Under the pieces are notes generated by a model. It worked only from the letters and a program-made list of their open reading frames with translations, did not search any database and had not been told where the DNA came from. Made by a program: the position numbers and the translations under genes. Of a stretch of 64,000 bases of DNA, positions 50,185 through 63,029 are shown piece by piece. Positions within the stretch are counted from its first letter, which is position 1; each line of letters begins with the position of its first letter. The stretch is from positions 868,001 through 932,000 of the forward strand of contig CAJINV010000020.1 in assembly GCA_905178155.1 (NCBI GenBank). The letters run 5' to 3'. This stretch comes from Amoebophrya sp. A120 (lineage: Eukaryota > Protista > Dinoflagellata).

Positions 50185-51870
50185 TTAGTGTTCGTCCCCG
50201 GTGTTATAGTACCTGTCCCCGAAGTCTCCGAGTCCCGGCACGATAAATTTCGACTCGTTCAACCCAGGATCTACCTCGGCGGACACAATTTTGATTTTCG
50301 GGTAGGCGTCAAAAACTTTTTTCACTCCTTCGGGTGCAGCCACGAGGTTGACGAAGAGAATGTTTTCTTCCTTCACCTTCCCCTCTTCAATCAGACACTT
50401 GATCGCCGCGTTTGCACTGCCACCGGTGGCCAGCATCGGATCGCAGAGGAGAACGTACCTACAATGTTTGATGAATATACTTTGCATACTGTCCTTGGCG
50501 GAGGACGGCTCGTTTGCTACTTCCCTTCATCCTCCCGTCGTGAAGTTCTTCCATTTTGGCTCACGCTTAACTCATCCTCATTCTGCTTCAGAAAATCAGA
50601 GTGTCAATATCTTTCAAAAAACTTCCGTACCTTTTCTCGACACCGTTCGGCATTTTCTGGTAGTAGAATTTCGGTTTTTTCTCCGGATCACTTTCATCCC
50701 GCTGCACGAGAATGTGACCGACGGCAACGTCCGGAATTACTTGACGCACCGCCTCCAGCATCGTGTTGCCAGAGCGCACGACACTTACCTGAGAAAAAAT
50801 GAGGATCACTATGATCAGAGCCACAATAAACCGAAACCCTGACTTCGAATATGCCGTAGCCGATCATTCAACAAGGCGCAGGTGGTCTAACCGAAGCGAC
50901 TCGCTGCTGGAACCGTGAGCATCCATCGTCCAGCACACAAAAATCATCATCAAAAAAAAATCCGATCATACCGCAGCCAGTTCCCTCTCCGGCACTACTA
51001 ACTCACTGCCCTCGTACGTCCCACACGCCGTCTCCACGTTTTTGTCGTTATGAAGGCCTCAGAATGGAAACTCTCAAAGTGGAAATAGTTTGTGATGCAA
51101 GAAATGCGACACCAAAAAGACTGTATTGCAGAGGACGCAATGGAGGCCGACTATTGTTCTTCTACCGGTTCAGAATTGGGCTGCTGATCAGCACGAGAGA
51201 AGGGCACCCCTTTGCCCTAACTCGCATGACAGACATGCTTTGAGCGCCGGGTGAATTTGTTATGCGCCGACTAGAAATGGCACTTCAACTGGAGTCGTTT
51301 TCTTGCATTACAAATTATTTCCACTTTGAGGATTTCCATTCTGACACTTCCATAGTCGTTGTGCGGAAGGTAGCTCAGCGCCTCTTCGACCAACAACCGC
51401 ATCGCCCGGTCGCTGTAGCGAACGTAGGTGAATTGGTCCGTGGCTTTATCCCTCACGATGGACATCAAACGCCTGATGGCCGGCGATTTCACGACAAAAA
51501 GGTTTTCGGGGTAGGAAGCCTCCATCTTTTTGCCGGTCAACGTCGTCGCAGCCGGGAGTTTGTTGCGAATGTCGACCGAAAGGGGGGTTTGATCCGCAGA
51601 AGTACCTAGTACTCCTGAGCCGTCCGAATTGAATTCGGAATTCCAGATCTGACTCAGGTCTGGGATTTCGAGGCCTGATTTATTAGTCGGAAGGGTGCGG
51701 GTCGGCTCCGTGGTGGGGAGAAACTTTGTGGTCGTGCTCCCTGATAATTTTTCCTGCTGCGCAGAGGAACTACTACCCGAACTCGCTCTGGCGGCGGAAA
51801 TAGCAGAGATGGAGAGGGTGGCGGTGAGGAAAAAGAGGGGGGTAATTTTGGTTGCGAGAGAGCACTTCAT
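50185..51870 (-). CDS. UPRT: Uracil phosphoribosyltransferase with N-terminal hydrophobic extension
   Basis: RLLVEEAL, VSVVRSG, GHILVQRDE, DPMLATGGSA, FIVPGLGDFGDRYY. Insert 51049-51354; introns 50971-50789 and 50630-50459. Confidence 0.95.
51049..51354. mobile_element. Introner family D
   Basis: TSD GTCGT; inverted homolog of 5639-5955. Confidence 0.9.
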
Positions 51871-52151
51871 AGCTTCTAGATTGATGTACTATATCGGGCT
51901 CTTGCGGTCAGAACAAATGCAATCGCTACGTTTTTTCGAGTCAGAAGCTGAATACGGCTGCAAAATCAGACAGAGGTACGGATGTTTTTTGATAAAGTCA
52001 GGTTGTAAAAAATTCTGAGCGAACTGAAAGGGGATAATGTTTTTGGGAAAGTCATTTCTCTGATTTGCTTCTCGCGAAGTTTTTACTTTCGCGTTGGTAG
52101 AAGGCTTTGCAATCAGATAAAGCAGTTCCGCCACGAGATGACATCGCTTTT

Positions 52152-52174
52152 CGCACGCACGCACGCACGCACGC
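52152..52174. repeat. (CGCA)n microsatellite
   Basis: cgcacgcacgcacgcacgcacgc. Confidence 0.9.
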
Positions 52175-52688
52175 CTGACCGAACATCAGAATTGAACCTC
52201 GGGTGATCTTCTCATAACCTGAATCACCACGCTGCCACGAAATATCGGTGTAAGTAATTGGATCAAGAAGATGATCTACATTGCCGTTGTCCACGACTGA
52301 CACTGACCACTGGTTACACGACGCAAATATCACTATCAGATCAGGATCCCAACATCAACATCGTTTTTTTCGTATGATCCAATCCTCGAGTTCGAGTAGG
52401 TAGACAAAATAAGTACGCAAGATCAACATCTTGATCTTCATCGTCATCCTGTTTCTGGTATTGCTATTGAGGAACTGCCATTGAATATGGCAACAATAGA
52501 CGCATTGCGCGATGATCTCACCATGTTAGCTACGCTACCTCTATCTTGCTGATCTTTGTCGCGGGCTCTTTGCGATGGTATCACCTCGCTTCTCGCACCA
52601 CTTGCGATATTGATCATTGAAGACATAGACAGACAAAGGCGGCTGTCTTTTATCTTGATGTGGGGGCGTTTGCGTTTCATACTGAAGC

Positions 52689-54494
52689 TCAGAGTCTACT
52701 TCTCCAGTGCTGGTTTACTGCGTCTACTTCTTTCATAGCAGTTGATGAACTTCTCGAAGTGTAGCCCTGCTCGTCCATATTCTTCTCCAACTTCTCAATT
52801 GGAATCGCATTTCCATCCTTATCTACCGTTTCCCTCCGTACATACGCTGGCAGGCAGGTCTCTTCAAAAAACCGGGCGCCCCAAAACCCAATCCTGCCAA
52901 AAAACAGCAACCCGTGCATGGTCAACATCGACCGGTGCTTTTTCCGCAAAACGCCACCGTTTGCGAGCCAGTCCTGCGCGAGCTTTTCTCCCAGCTTGTA
53001 CAAATCGTTCGAGTCTTCTGGCGGGAGTAAACACTGGCTCGGCGACAAAGTGGCCTTCAAGTCCGCGAAATTATTGTCGGGAAACTCGGCCCAAGGCATC
53101 GCGGAAATCACCAGTGTCTCGCTGCTATGAATTGCAAAACAAGTATCGCATTCGTATAAATGCATTACAAATTTCCTCAGCATGAGAAATGAAATTTGTA
53201 ATGATGATTTACATTAAGAGAAAGATACGTAATGCATGACTGCAATACAACGAGCGCGATACTTTTGCACAGGATAGCTGCCGTGCGCGAGGTGCCGGGC
53301 CCGCATCGACGCACCACCGTCAATGACGGACAGTTTCCTGGGCCGTGGTTCTTGTCGACGTGGTTTTCGTTCTTCTTGAGGGGCCGGGCTACATTTAGTA
53401 TTCGCAGAAGTTGTGTCTTGCTCGACGCCATTTTTCGTGTCGGTGAAAAAGTCGCTCGGGTAGTGCAGAAAAGGTAACTTTCTGCAAAAGATCGGGATGT
53501 GCATGGACCCGTGTATCGCACGCCGCATATCGGCGAACGTCTCAAACTTCGACAGCCACCGGTGCTCGCCCGGAAACCCGACGGTGACTCCGACCTGGAA
53601 GTTGTCGCGCACGAGAAGGTGCGCATCAGGATAGTGCTTCTCCACCTCGTCCAACGTCGCCTCGTGGTAGTCGCTGATCCGCAGTTTAAACATTTCCCTG
53701 GCACCGCACGCTGCCATCTTGCTGTACACTTCCCGTGACCATTCCGCGGACCCGCCCAGGGCCCAGATCAAACCGAGTAAAGCACCGGCGGAATCGCCCT
53801 GGATCAAAACTTTTTTTCCGAACCCGACCCCAAACTGCTTCTCAAACTCGCTCAAAACGCCAATATAGACGCCGCACCCCCAGGCGTTGCCGTCGAGGTA
53901 GATGGATTTCGGCAGTTTCGCGTCGTGCTTGGTCCGAATGTCGCCGCCGAAAGTTGGGGTGGGGGAAAGAAATAAAGGCGCAGTATGACTTCGTGTTCGT
54001 TCTTCTTCCACCACAGCCGGTTGAGGTCGCAGGAACGACGCCAAAGCACCAGCACCAGCGTCGTTTTTATTCCATGAGGAAGCTTTAGTGCTGGTCGGTG
54101 AGGATGCGGCGATGTGTTTGATGTGCTCTCGAAGCCTCTCAGAAGTTGATGTGTTTGGCCGAGGAGAAGGACGTAGTGCAGGTCGGAAGAGACCTACTTC
54201 ATCATGTCCATCCTGACTTCCGCACTGACCGCTTGCAGCACGTGTGGCCGCGTAGTAGACGGCATCGGAGTCCTCCTTCCTGTTGTAGGGAAACGGCAGC
54301 GAAGATTGTGATGCATCTACAGCAGCGTACGCAGGTACAACGTTTGCGTTCGGGTGCGCTGCGGCCTCACATTCATTTTGCGGTACTTCTTCCAGTATGT
54401 TGGAAGCACGAACCAGAACTAGTGCTGTGCCAAAGAAAAAGGATCCGAGTAGCGATGCGCTTGCACCAGTGGTATGTGGGAGACGCAACATCAT
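52689..54494 (-). CDS. Patatin-like phospholipase with predicted signal peptide
   Basis: DGNAWGCGVYIGVL, GDSAG (GxSxG), IDGG. Removing insert 53126-53276 gives AHGS|ETLV. Confidence 0.85.
53126..53276. mobile_element. Introner family A
   Basis: TSD GCTGC; family A ends. Confidence 0.9.
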
Positions 54495-55446
54495 GTTGAG
54501 CGTGTGTACCACTAAGTGTAAGTCCTTAATACAACAGGAGGAAAACTTTGCAGGGTTCAATGTTTACGTTCAATACGGAGGTGTTTCTCAGGGGGGGAAA
54601 AGTAAAATATGCGATCGCAAAGATGTCAGAAGAAGCACCATTTGGCGCCTCGAAGCGTCGTGTGTCATCAAAAGAAAATTCAGAATTCGTAATGCGTTTA
54701 GGAACCAAAAAAAACAGATCACGCACATCGCAGCGCCGCGTCGTGCGGCACCCCTAAAGAAGAGCGAAGATCTAAGAATCTTAGATCTACTTGATCATGC
54801 TAATATCGCGACGAGAAATGCAGGCCTCCTACCAGGTGGCTGTATTCACAGGTCAGGGTCGTGACCATCATGGTTTTTCACTGATCTTGACATGCTACAC
54901 GACAATAAAATTACGTGGCGAGTAGATAGAAAAACTAAAACGAGGCGCGATAGAGAAACAAACAAAAACATACGGTGGGCGGGCGCCGGCCACGACCAGA
55001 ACGAGCTGCGCACCCTCAGCCGGATTACATGTCTTTTCAGTATGAAAATGTTTGCGAAGCAATACTTGAAAGCCCCCGCACTTTCGTCGATACATCCAGT
55101 GACCTTTCTCATCGGCCATACTATCTCGCGTTCCTCGCGGTCTGGAACAATAATTGCAAATGGTCACTTTGACCAATCATCTCATTTTCAAGAACAGGAT
55201 TAGAAGAGTATCACGCTAAAATGCGACGTCGGACCTCTAGCAAAACCTTGTAAAGAAACATACTGTAAGTAGTGTACAAACGGAAACCACTTCAAAATTT
55301 GAAAACACCAGCTAGAAGTACATCAAGAAGATATCTCTACCGTACTAACTTACATCAATCGAGAAGGACTGCCATTGGTCTGATGTCTCGACGGTACTAG
55401 TACTCGCATATTGCTCATACATCTCTAGAAGGTGAAGGTCAAACGC

Positions 55447-55562
55447 AAGAATGCAAGAATTGTAAACCTACTTATCTAAGATAAGTAGGTTTACAATTCT
55501 TGCATTCTTTGTATTGAGCTCTTCTCGAAGATAAGTTATCTTCGAGAAGAGCTCAAATACAA
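55447..55562. repeat. Two adjacent near-perfect palindromes
   Basis: 31-bp arms at 55447-55509 and 21-bp arms at 55514-55556, each with a 1-nt spacer. Confidence 0.92.
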
Positions 55563-56200
55563 ATAAGTATAGCACGACTCCTGATCGCCATCACGATGAC
55601 GTTCTGCTATCTCCTTCCGTTCCCGCCAAAGCGCGCAACTGGTTTTCTAACACCGTTTCTGATGCACCGCTTTGTTGTTCCGTGACATCCTCGTCTTCGT
55701 CGCTGACGTCCTGCTGCCCCGACACAACCAAAATCGTCTGCATCACCAGACTAATCAAAATGAACATCGTTACCAGGTGGGTGACGTCCCCGCCCCAGAA
55801 GACCACCATGTGCAGCAGCGCTAGTTTCCCCAGCTGCCCAAGCCCCATTCAGCGCCGGGCGCGCCAAAAGGTCGGAAAGAACCACGTGTGGCGGAGATGG
55901 TGAGTTGTGGGGTTCTTTTCAACATCTTCATCAGGATCAGAATTATTGGTAGAAGAAGTGTTCTTATTGTTATTGATGTCCACTTCGTCCCGACCTTCCG
56001 TGTCTTCTGTGACGGTAATTTTTGCGGTTCTACTTTCGTCATCTTTTGCTTGTTCAACTTCAACATTTTCGACACTAGGGATAGCAGAGGATGTGCGTTG
56101 TTCATCACCTTGTTCCGTAGTTTTCTTCTTCGCGTCCGCGACGACCTTCACCTCTCGTCGGTGTCCCCAGTCCAGATCCGGCGTGTTCACGTACTCCACC

Positions 56201-56402
56201 TATCGCAAGAAAAAACTGCTTCACTGTGAACCTGTGATGCAGAAAATGGAACACAGAACTACTTGTCTTGCTACACCTGCAAGGCGTTAGATTTTGTTTT
56301 CCCTTGGGAAGTGCGCATGACAAATTTTCAGTGTCATTTGTAACAAACTTGTGATGCAGATCTTGCAAAATCATCACAGTGAAACAGTTTTTTCGTGGGA
56401 TA
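56201..56402. mobile_element. Introner family F
   Basis: IR GAAAAAACTG.TTCACTGTGA; TSD CCACC. Confidence 0.9.
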
Positions 56403-59400
56403 CCACCGTTTTCGTGATCAGTGCGCCGAAGGGAAACAGCAGAAACAGACCCGACAGCGCTTTGCCGGTTGCCTCCTGCATCTCCAGTTTGTACGCGTGA
56501 AACTCTTTCTTGTGCTTCTTCAACGCAAAGATGTCTTCGAAGCCCATGGATTTTGCGTACGCAACACATCTTTCCTCCACGCAGAAACAGGCCCGGACGG
56601 TTTTGTCCCAGATCCCGGCCACGGCTTGGGGCCCCGCGGAAATTTGGCCGGGCCGGTTCCGCAGGTTGGAAGCGGGGTCTAAACCGGTGCGGAGGGTGAC
56701 GGAGATCGGGACGAGGTTTTGGTTCTTGTTGTAGGGGGTTTTGGGAGAGGGAGGTGACTCTGGTTCCACTACCGCCGGTAGCGAAGATTCATCTACCAGA
56801 GTCGCCGAATCCACGACATCCGTAGAGGTCGCATACACAGCACCGCGGTCTTTTTGTCTGTTCTTTTTCCCGCCTTGGCCTTCTTGCAGCCCCACCTCGT
56901 CGTCCCTATAGTACACCAGATTCACCACCTGCTGTGAGCAGAAGCAAAGGGGTTTTTGTAACAAAACAAAGCCGGAGAAGAGGCTAAACACCGCAACCAG
57001 CATGAATGCGACGGAAAGGGTCGCGGATAACAACATTTCAGTCGTGGACATGCCCGTGATTACCGCCGTGTCTTCGATCTGCAGTTCCCCACCAATTTCT
57101 GGAAACGCGTTGCCCAGTTCCTCGCACGCCGTCCCAGGCTGATGCACCGGATCCGCTGGATCCACTTCGTAGCCCTGGATTAGCAGGACGAACAGGTAGC
57201 ACGTGTACTGGTTCGCGAGAATCAGTGTCACCTGCAACGCGAGGAAGATACCGGCGGAGATTCCTTTGAAGAGAAGCGGGAGGAATTTCAGAATGCTGGT
57301 CGCCGCCAAGGCCTTGATTGAAACGAGGCTGCAAGCACTCGGGGCGTATACCTCGTCCTGACTATCAATCTCCCCCGCCCCTCGCGCTTTGCATTTCGCC
57401 TGCGTCAAGTCCTTTTTTGTGATCAAAATTTTTGCCCGTCCACCGACCAATAATCCCAACCAATCCCCGCCAACCACTTGGCAGAGCAGTAACGTGGACC
57501 CCGTCAGAACCCCGGCCGCGAAGAGCACAATGGCGAGAGTGCAGTTCGATCTGGTGCCCATGATGTCTCCAACACCCAGATTGAACTCCGTAAACAAAAA
57601 GTCGAAGTGCGAAAACAGTTGTCTGGTCGCCCAACCGATAATCGGGACCATTGTGTCCTCCAGCGCCCCCAGCAATTGCATGACCTTTGCGGTGACGGAG
57701 AAGTCGTGGAAGATGACGAGGTCCAGGTCTAAGTCCGAGAGTTCCAGCGTGGTTTGAATTGAAACAATTGACGCGACGAGCAATAAAGCGTCCGCGCAGA
57801 ACTTGAAAAGGTCCACAATTGTTAGGGCGAGAATGGAGGGGAGGTAGGAGGTGAAGACGAGATAAAGTTGGTGCGCGAAGTGAATAAAGTCGTTAGTACT
57901 CGGAAGCCTGCAAGAAGGAAAGCAGCTTGGTGCTCTGCAGCAGGACCACAAAGAGATACTCGGCGGTCGGACATTTGTGAAGCTGGACACCACGGAGGCT
58001 AATGTAGAAAGTTCATCTTGGAACGCGCCAGCAATTTCTTTTCCCAGAGCTGTCAGCGAGGCTGGGAAAAGGATCTCGTGCTCGCCGAAGATTTCTTTCA
58101 AGAGTAAAATTGTCTCCTCTTTCGCGCCCATGAGGTTTTCGCCCTGCTTCTGAAGGAGGTGTGTACTGCAGTTGGCGAGTTCAACGATCTGGACGGCTTG
58201 GGCGCCAAGCTGGGCGCTGTTTGCGTGGAGGTCTTCTAATCTATTTTGTGCGGATGTGATTTCCTGTTCTTTTTGGTCATCGGTCGGAGCCGGCCCAAAC
58301 AAGTATGTCTTGTTTGAATTGTTCGCCAAGTTTCGCGAAAGATTCGGACAGCGCGTCGAGATGATTCACTTCCAAGTCCTCCATGTCTTCGACTTGCGTA
58401 TCCAAATGCGTCTCCACGCCGACCACATGGCCTAGAATGCGTTCCAGCTTCGCAACGGCTAATTTCAGCGGGTTCAACATGCGCGCGCGTAGGGAAGAAA
58501 TCATGCTCGTGCTGTCTTCCGCCGCTTCATTGCCGACGCCTGCGTCGTCAGTTTTCTGTGCGACGAGTCCTGCCTTTTCCATTGCAGCAAGCAGCTGCTC
58601 GCACAAGAGCGGCTCGATTTCCTCGATCTTCGTCGTCAGACGCTCGTCTAACTGCCTCGCTGCGGTCAAGTGCTTGTTCATATTACACGCTGCATTTCTT
58701 ATCGTTGTTTCTGTTTCACCCGACGGGTGGTCGTGGTCTACTTCTGTGCTGTTCGTGAAAGCAGAAGCTTCAGTTCTACTTCCTACCGTAACATAATCGA
58801 GTAGCGACACCACCTCCCGGACGATTTCCCGCAGTTCATTCATTTTCTCGATGCCATTCTGCACCACGGATCGGAACCCACGCTGTCCGGACTTTTTGCT
58901 CTCCATGTTCTGCATCTCGAGCAAGTCTTGAGGTTCGATCGCAGCCTCAATCTTTTCAACTTGGTCCGCCACGTAAAGGAGTTTAGCGAAAAAACCCCGG
59001 AGAATCAACAAACTGGTTGATATTTTCTCCATCTTCGCACGGAGGAACTCGATTGCTTCGTCACCTGTCGCAACTGCGTTTTGACTCTGCTCCTCGATCT
59101 TCTTCACAACAGTCTGGATAGTGGTGGTCTTGTCATTTTTCCACATCATTACCATCTCCGTTCCCTTCCCCGCCGTCTTCTCGGCGAGCCGCCTGGCCAC
59201 CAAGCGCCAGGCATTACCAGCGGCTGCTGTAGTGTGCGAGGACCCGTACCCGTTGGACAACGCCCCGACTTCCTCCGCGGCCCCGATCGCGGATTCTAAC
59301 TTGCATTTAATCGAATTCAATTTCCCGACAAGGAACTCCAACCCGCACCGCATGATTTTCCACTTGTGGAAGAACAGTTCGCTCAACTTCTTCCTCTGTG

Positions 59401-59702
59401 TAGCTGACTGGTCTTTCGTGTTATTGAGAAAAGTTTTGACTTCGGGCAGAACTTGATTTTCGTATCGCGATTGAAACTCCTCTGTATACAGTTTCGAATC
59501 CGTCTAAAAGGGTTTTCACAACCGGGCTTGCTACTACTTTCTTCTTCAGTTGTTCCTTGCAGTTTTCGATTCTTCTCTGCACTGGCCCGGTTTCGGAAAA
59601 CGCGTATTCTTCGAGTTTTACCACTAGTTTTCCGAAAACGGCGGTAAACCCTTTTGTCAGCCACGCGGAGAAATTTTCCACTTCCGGCAGTTCTGCGAGC
59701 CA

Positions 59703-59945
59703 TATGACAGCGCACAACTGCCCGTCCTCCTCGTTTGTCATGCAAAATCCCACGTCAAGGAGTCGCTGCCTCGTGCTCGTGGCACTGTTTGCGTGACAAA
59801 GTCCGGAAGCCCTAGCCCAAACAGTACTAAGTACATTACGTACTTACACAAATTTTTTATGCGTAGGCTCCGCGTGTGCTGGTGTTCGCATTGCTGTTCA
59901 TGCTATTATACAAATGAGGGGGGAGAGGAGTTGTGCACTCTCATA
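59703..59945. mobile_element. Introner family C
   Basis: TSD AGCCA; family C IR. Confidence 0.9.
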
Positions 59946-60192
59946 AGCCAGTCCATCAGCTCCGGACACTCCACCTCCGCAGCCTGTAAATTCTCCAAGG
60001 TTTGTCGCTGCGCTGCCGGTAGGGTTTCCGCGTTTTCCTCCAGCCGCGAGACCACCGATTGGCCAAGCTTGCAGGCTTTGTTCGATATTTTCAGGGAGCA
60101 GTACATGAGGAACAGCATTCCGGAAGCGACCGCGGCGAAAAATCCGAAGCCGATTAGGCTGAAGCCGAGGAAATATCCGCCGAAGTACACGG

Positions 60193-60451
60193 CATCAAAT
60201 GCAAAAGTGTCTGGGTCTGGAAGCTTGTAATGCTGCGTCGGGAGTAGTGAATGCTCTGTAATGCACAGCCAAGCATGAGAAATATCTGCGCTTCTTTGTG
60301 TTGCGTTTTTCGCATGACAAACTGCGTTTTTGCATGACAGGCAAAAGGGTCTCTTCTTGAACACGCATCACAAACTTTTTGGTCATGCCAGACAAGCATG
60401 ATAAATCTTGCAATCTTCCAGAACCAGACCCAGACATATTTGCAGTGCATA
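60193..60451. mobile_element. Introner family B
   Basis: TSD CACGG; left end is CAT instead of TAT. Confidence 0.9.
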
Positions 60452-60548
60452 CACGGTCAAGCCGAGCAACATGCCGCGAAACACTCGCGCACCCCCGCGC
60501 CACCCGTGATCACAAACGACCGCGAGGCAGTAGACGAGCTTTTTCATG

Positions 60549-60764
60549 TATGCAAGAAAAAAACTGTGTAAGTGTAAGTCTGTGATGCAGAAAGTGCAAG
60601 ATTGTTTACACTTGTCATGCTGGAGGTGCGTCATAAGCCACTTTCATGCGTGTTTTCGCGTACTAGCTGCGCATGACAGACTTGATTACCTGTAATGCAA
60701 AGCGATTTATTTGTGATGCTGCTCTCCCTCGAAACTTACACTTACACAGTTTTTTCCCTGGATA
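60549..60764. mobile_element. Introner family F
   Basis: IR AAAAAAACTGTGTAAGTGTAAGT; TSD TCATG. Confidence 0.9.
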
Positions 60765-61162
60765 TCATGTTGCTGCTGGCGAAAAAGAGTTTCAAAACCC
60801 GCCACGCCGCGAAGAACGCCACGGTCTGAAACAGGGGCGCGAGGAGAAAAACGATGACCCATTCGCGGTTGTGCAGGTACACTCGGGTTTCAGGTAATTT
60901 CGTCTGAATGTGCCGAAACATCCCGTACATCGCTGCGAGGCCGAAGCCGAGGCCGAACGTGTTAGACAAAACCGCTTGGAAAAAACGCACTTTCCAGGAA
61001 CTTCTCGAAGTACTAGAGCCGCTCGGGGCCGCGGAGGCTTGTGATGTGATGTGCATCTTATCCTTCAAAAGAGCAAGGGCTCTGTCGGCTCCTGCCACGA
61101 ACTGATATTTTTTGTTCTTCGCTTTATTCGCGGACATTTCGTCTTTGTTTCCCGGTTTCGGA

Positions 61163-61333
61163 TATCCTGTGCAAAAGTATTGCGCTCGTAATATAATTGC
61201 ACTCATGCACCATTTGCATATACAAGTTATCTTTTTCTTAAGGTAAATCCGCATTGCAATTTTTGTTATGCTGAGGAAAATTGTAAATGCATTTACACGA
61301 GTACGATGCTTGTTTTCAGTTTTGCATTTCATA
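61163..61333. mobile_element. Introner family A
   Basis: TATCCTGTGCAAAAG..TTTTGCATTTCATA; TSD TCGGA. Confidence 0.9.
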
Positions 61334-62599
61334 TCGGAATGAAGGGGAACCCGTCGACGAGGAAAACAGTGATTGCAGCGGAGAGGACACCATAGATTTG
61401 CGCATCGATCCCCTTGCAGCACGTTTTGCTGACTTCCGGAGCCATAGAAAGGTTGTGTTGGCCCTCGGTGTTTATTTCTATTTGACGAGGTGGGGCATTT
61501 ATTTTTTGTTGTGCTTGTGATGTTGTTGCTCCTGCTCCTGCGCTATTATTCATCGATATTTCCCACACAACCGGCAATGCCTGACTGTGCGTGGAAGGCC
61601 CAGTGAACACGCTACTTTCCTCATCATCTATCGGCACCACGGCTTCGTCGATCGGTAGGTCGTCCTGCGGCTCTCGTCGCTCTCCAGCTTCTAGTACTTC
61701 GCTGAGCTCGTAGTTGTCCAGGGACTTAGAATTCTGTCTTGACGGGAGTGCGGTTGAGGGCGGTGACGGCTTGTTTTTAATATCCGCAGTACTTTTTGGA
61801 TCGACGAGGACATCGATGCTGTCCATTTTTTCCATAATGGTCGCCGTCGCGCCAGCTCCGGTCTTGATGGCAGCTTCAGCGTCTCCCGCTTCTACAGTGG
61901 CGGCGTCCTTTTCTTGCTTTCTCGTCCTACTACTGCCTCTGCTACACATCCGGCTAATCGCGAGAATCACACAGGCGACCAAGTTTAGGAAGCAGAGCCC
62001 GCCAATGAGAAATCGCCACGTGTCATTGTCTTCAGTCCAATCCACGTCGGAGAATCCCGTGTCGGTCAGGATCTGAAACAAGAGGATGTTGGTGTTGCAG
62101 ATCTTCGCGTATGATCAAACATTATTTCTCGTCGATCAGCATATTGAAAAACAAAAAGCAACGCGCTTCTCTTTCTACTGCATCTCAAGCTAGTACCATG
62201 ATGTCTATGGAAGCTACAAACAAACTTCTGTTTCACGACAGCACATACACCATCGATAATCCTTTATCAAACCTGCGGCCTATTATCCACTTCCGCCTGC
62301 CCCGTTAACTGCAGTCTGCTGGTAATCCACGGGTGTTTCTCCTTGAGCCGCTCGTGCCACTGCGCGTACCATTTGTCAAAGACGTCATTGTTCCAGGTGT
62401 ACCACTTTGACAGAAAAACCTCGTCGCGCGGCATCCCAGGGTCCGGCGCTGGGGGCTGCGGCACCGAAGAAACCATGGTGTGGTGGTCGGACATTCTTGT
62501 TTGCTTTGCGGGAAGTTCATCTCATGCTCATCGCTTAGACAACGTCCGGCGTCTCATGATGAAACATGTGATGCTGGGTGGCGTCTCATGATGAGGATA

Positions 62600-62794
62600 C
62601 AAATGCTGGCTCAGCATGACAAGTTTCTGAGCTCCTAGAAGGTGAAGGTGTTGCCTATTCTGCATGACAAACTGCGCTTCTGCATCACAGAAAAACGGAG
62701 CTCTTGGGTAACGTGCATGACAGATTTAAGAGTCATGCCAGACAAGCATGACAAACGTGAATTCTTCCAGACCCAGACATTTTTGCACTTGATA
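62600..62794. mobile_element. Introner family B, left end missing (left coordinate approximate)
   Basis: CTTCCAGACCCAGACATTTTTGCACTTGATA with no partner IR. Confidence 0.7.
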
Positions 62795-62799
62795 CCTGC

Positions 62800-63029
62800 T
62801 ATGAGGGTGCACAAGAACTCCCCCTCGTTCTCATTTCTCATGCAAAGTCCTTCCCTTGATGTATCACTATTATGCATGACAGATTCCGGAATCCCAAACA
62901 GCAGTACACTACTTAATAGGCCCATGAATCTAAATTGCCATGCACGGGCTCCACGTGCGCTGGTGTTTGTATTGCTGTTCATCCAATACAAATGAGAAGG
63001 ACGAGGGGGACCTGTGCACAACTGTCATA
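62800..63029. mobile_element. Introner family C
   Basis: TSD CCTGC/CCCGC; family C IR. Confidence 0.85.

Larger units (their letters stand above)
55591..62494 (-). pseudogene. Large multi-TM/coiled-coil protein gene with two apparent frameshifts and one in-frame TGA
   Basis: Five inserts are removed in frame, but frame changes remain near 59500 and 58285, and there is a TGA at 55849-55851 (RARR*MGLGQ). Intron 62272-62073. Confidence 0.5.
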
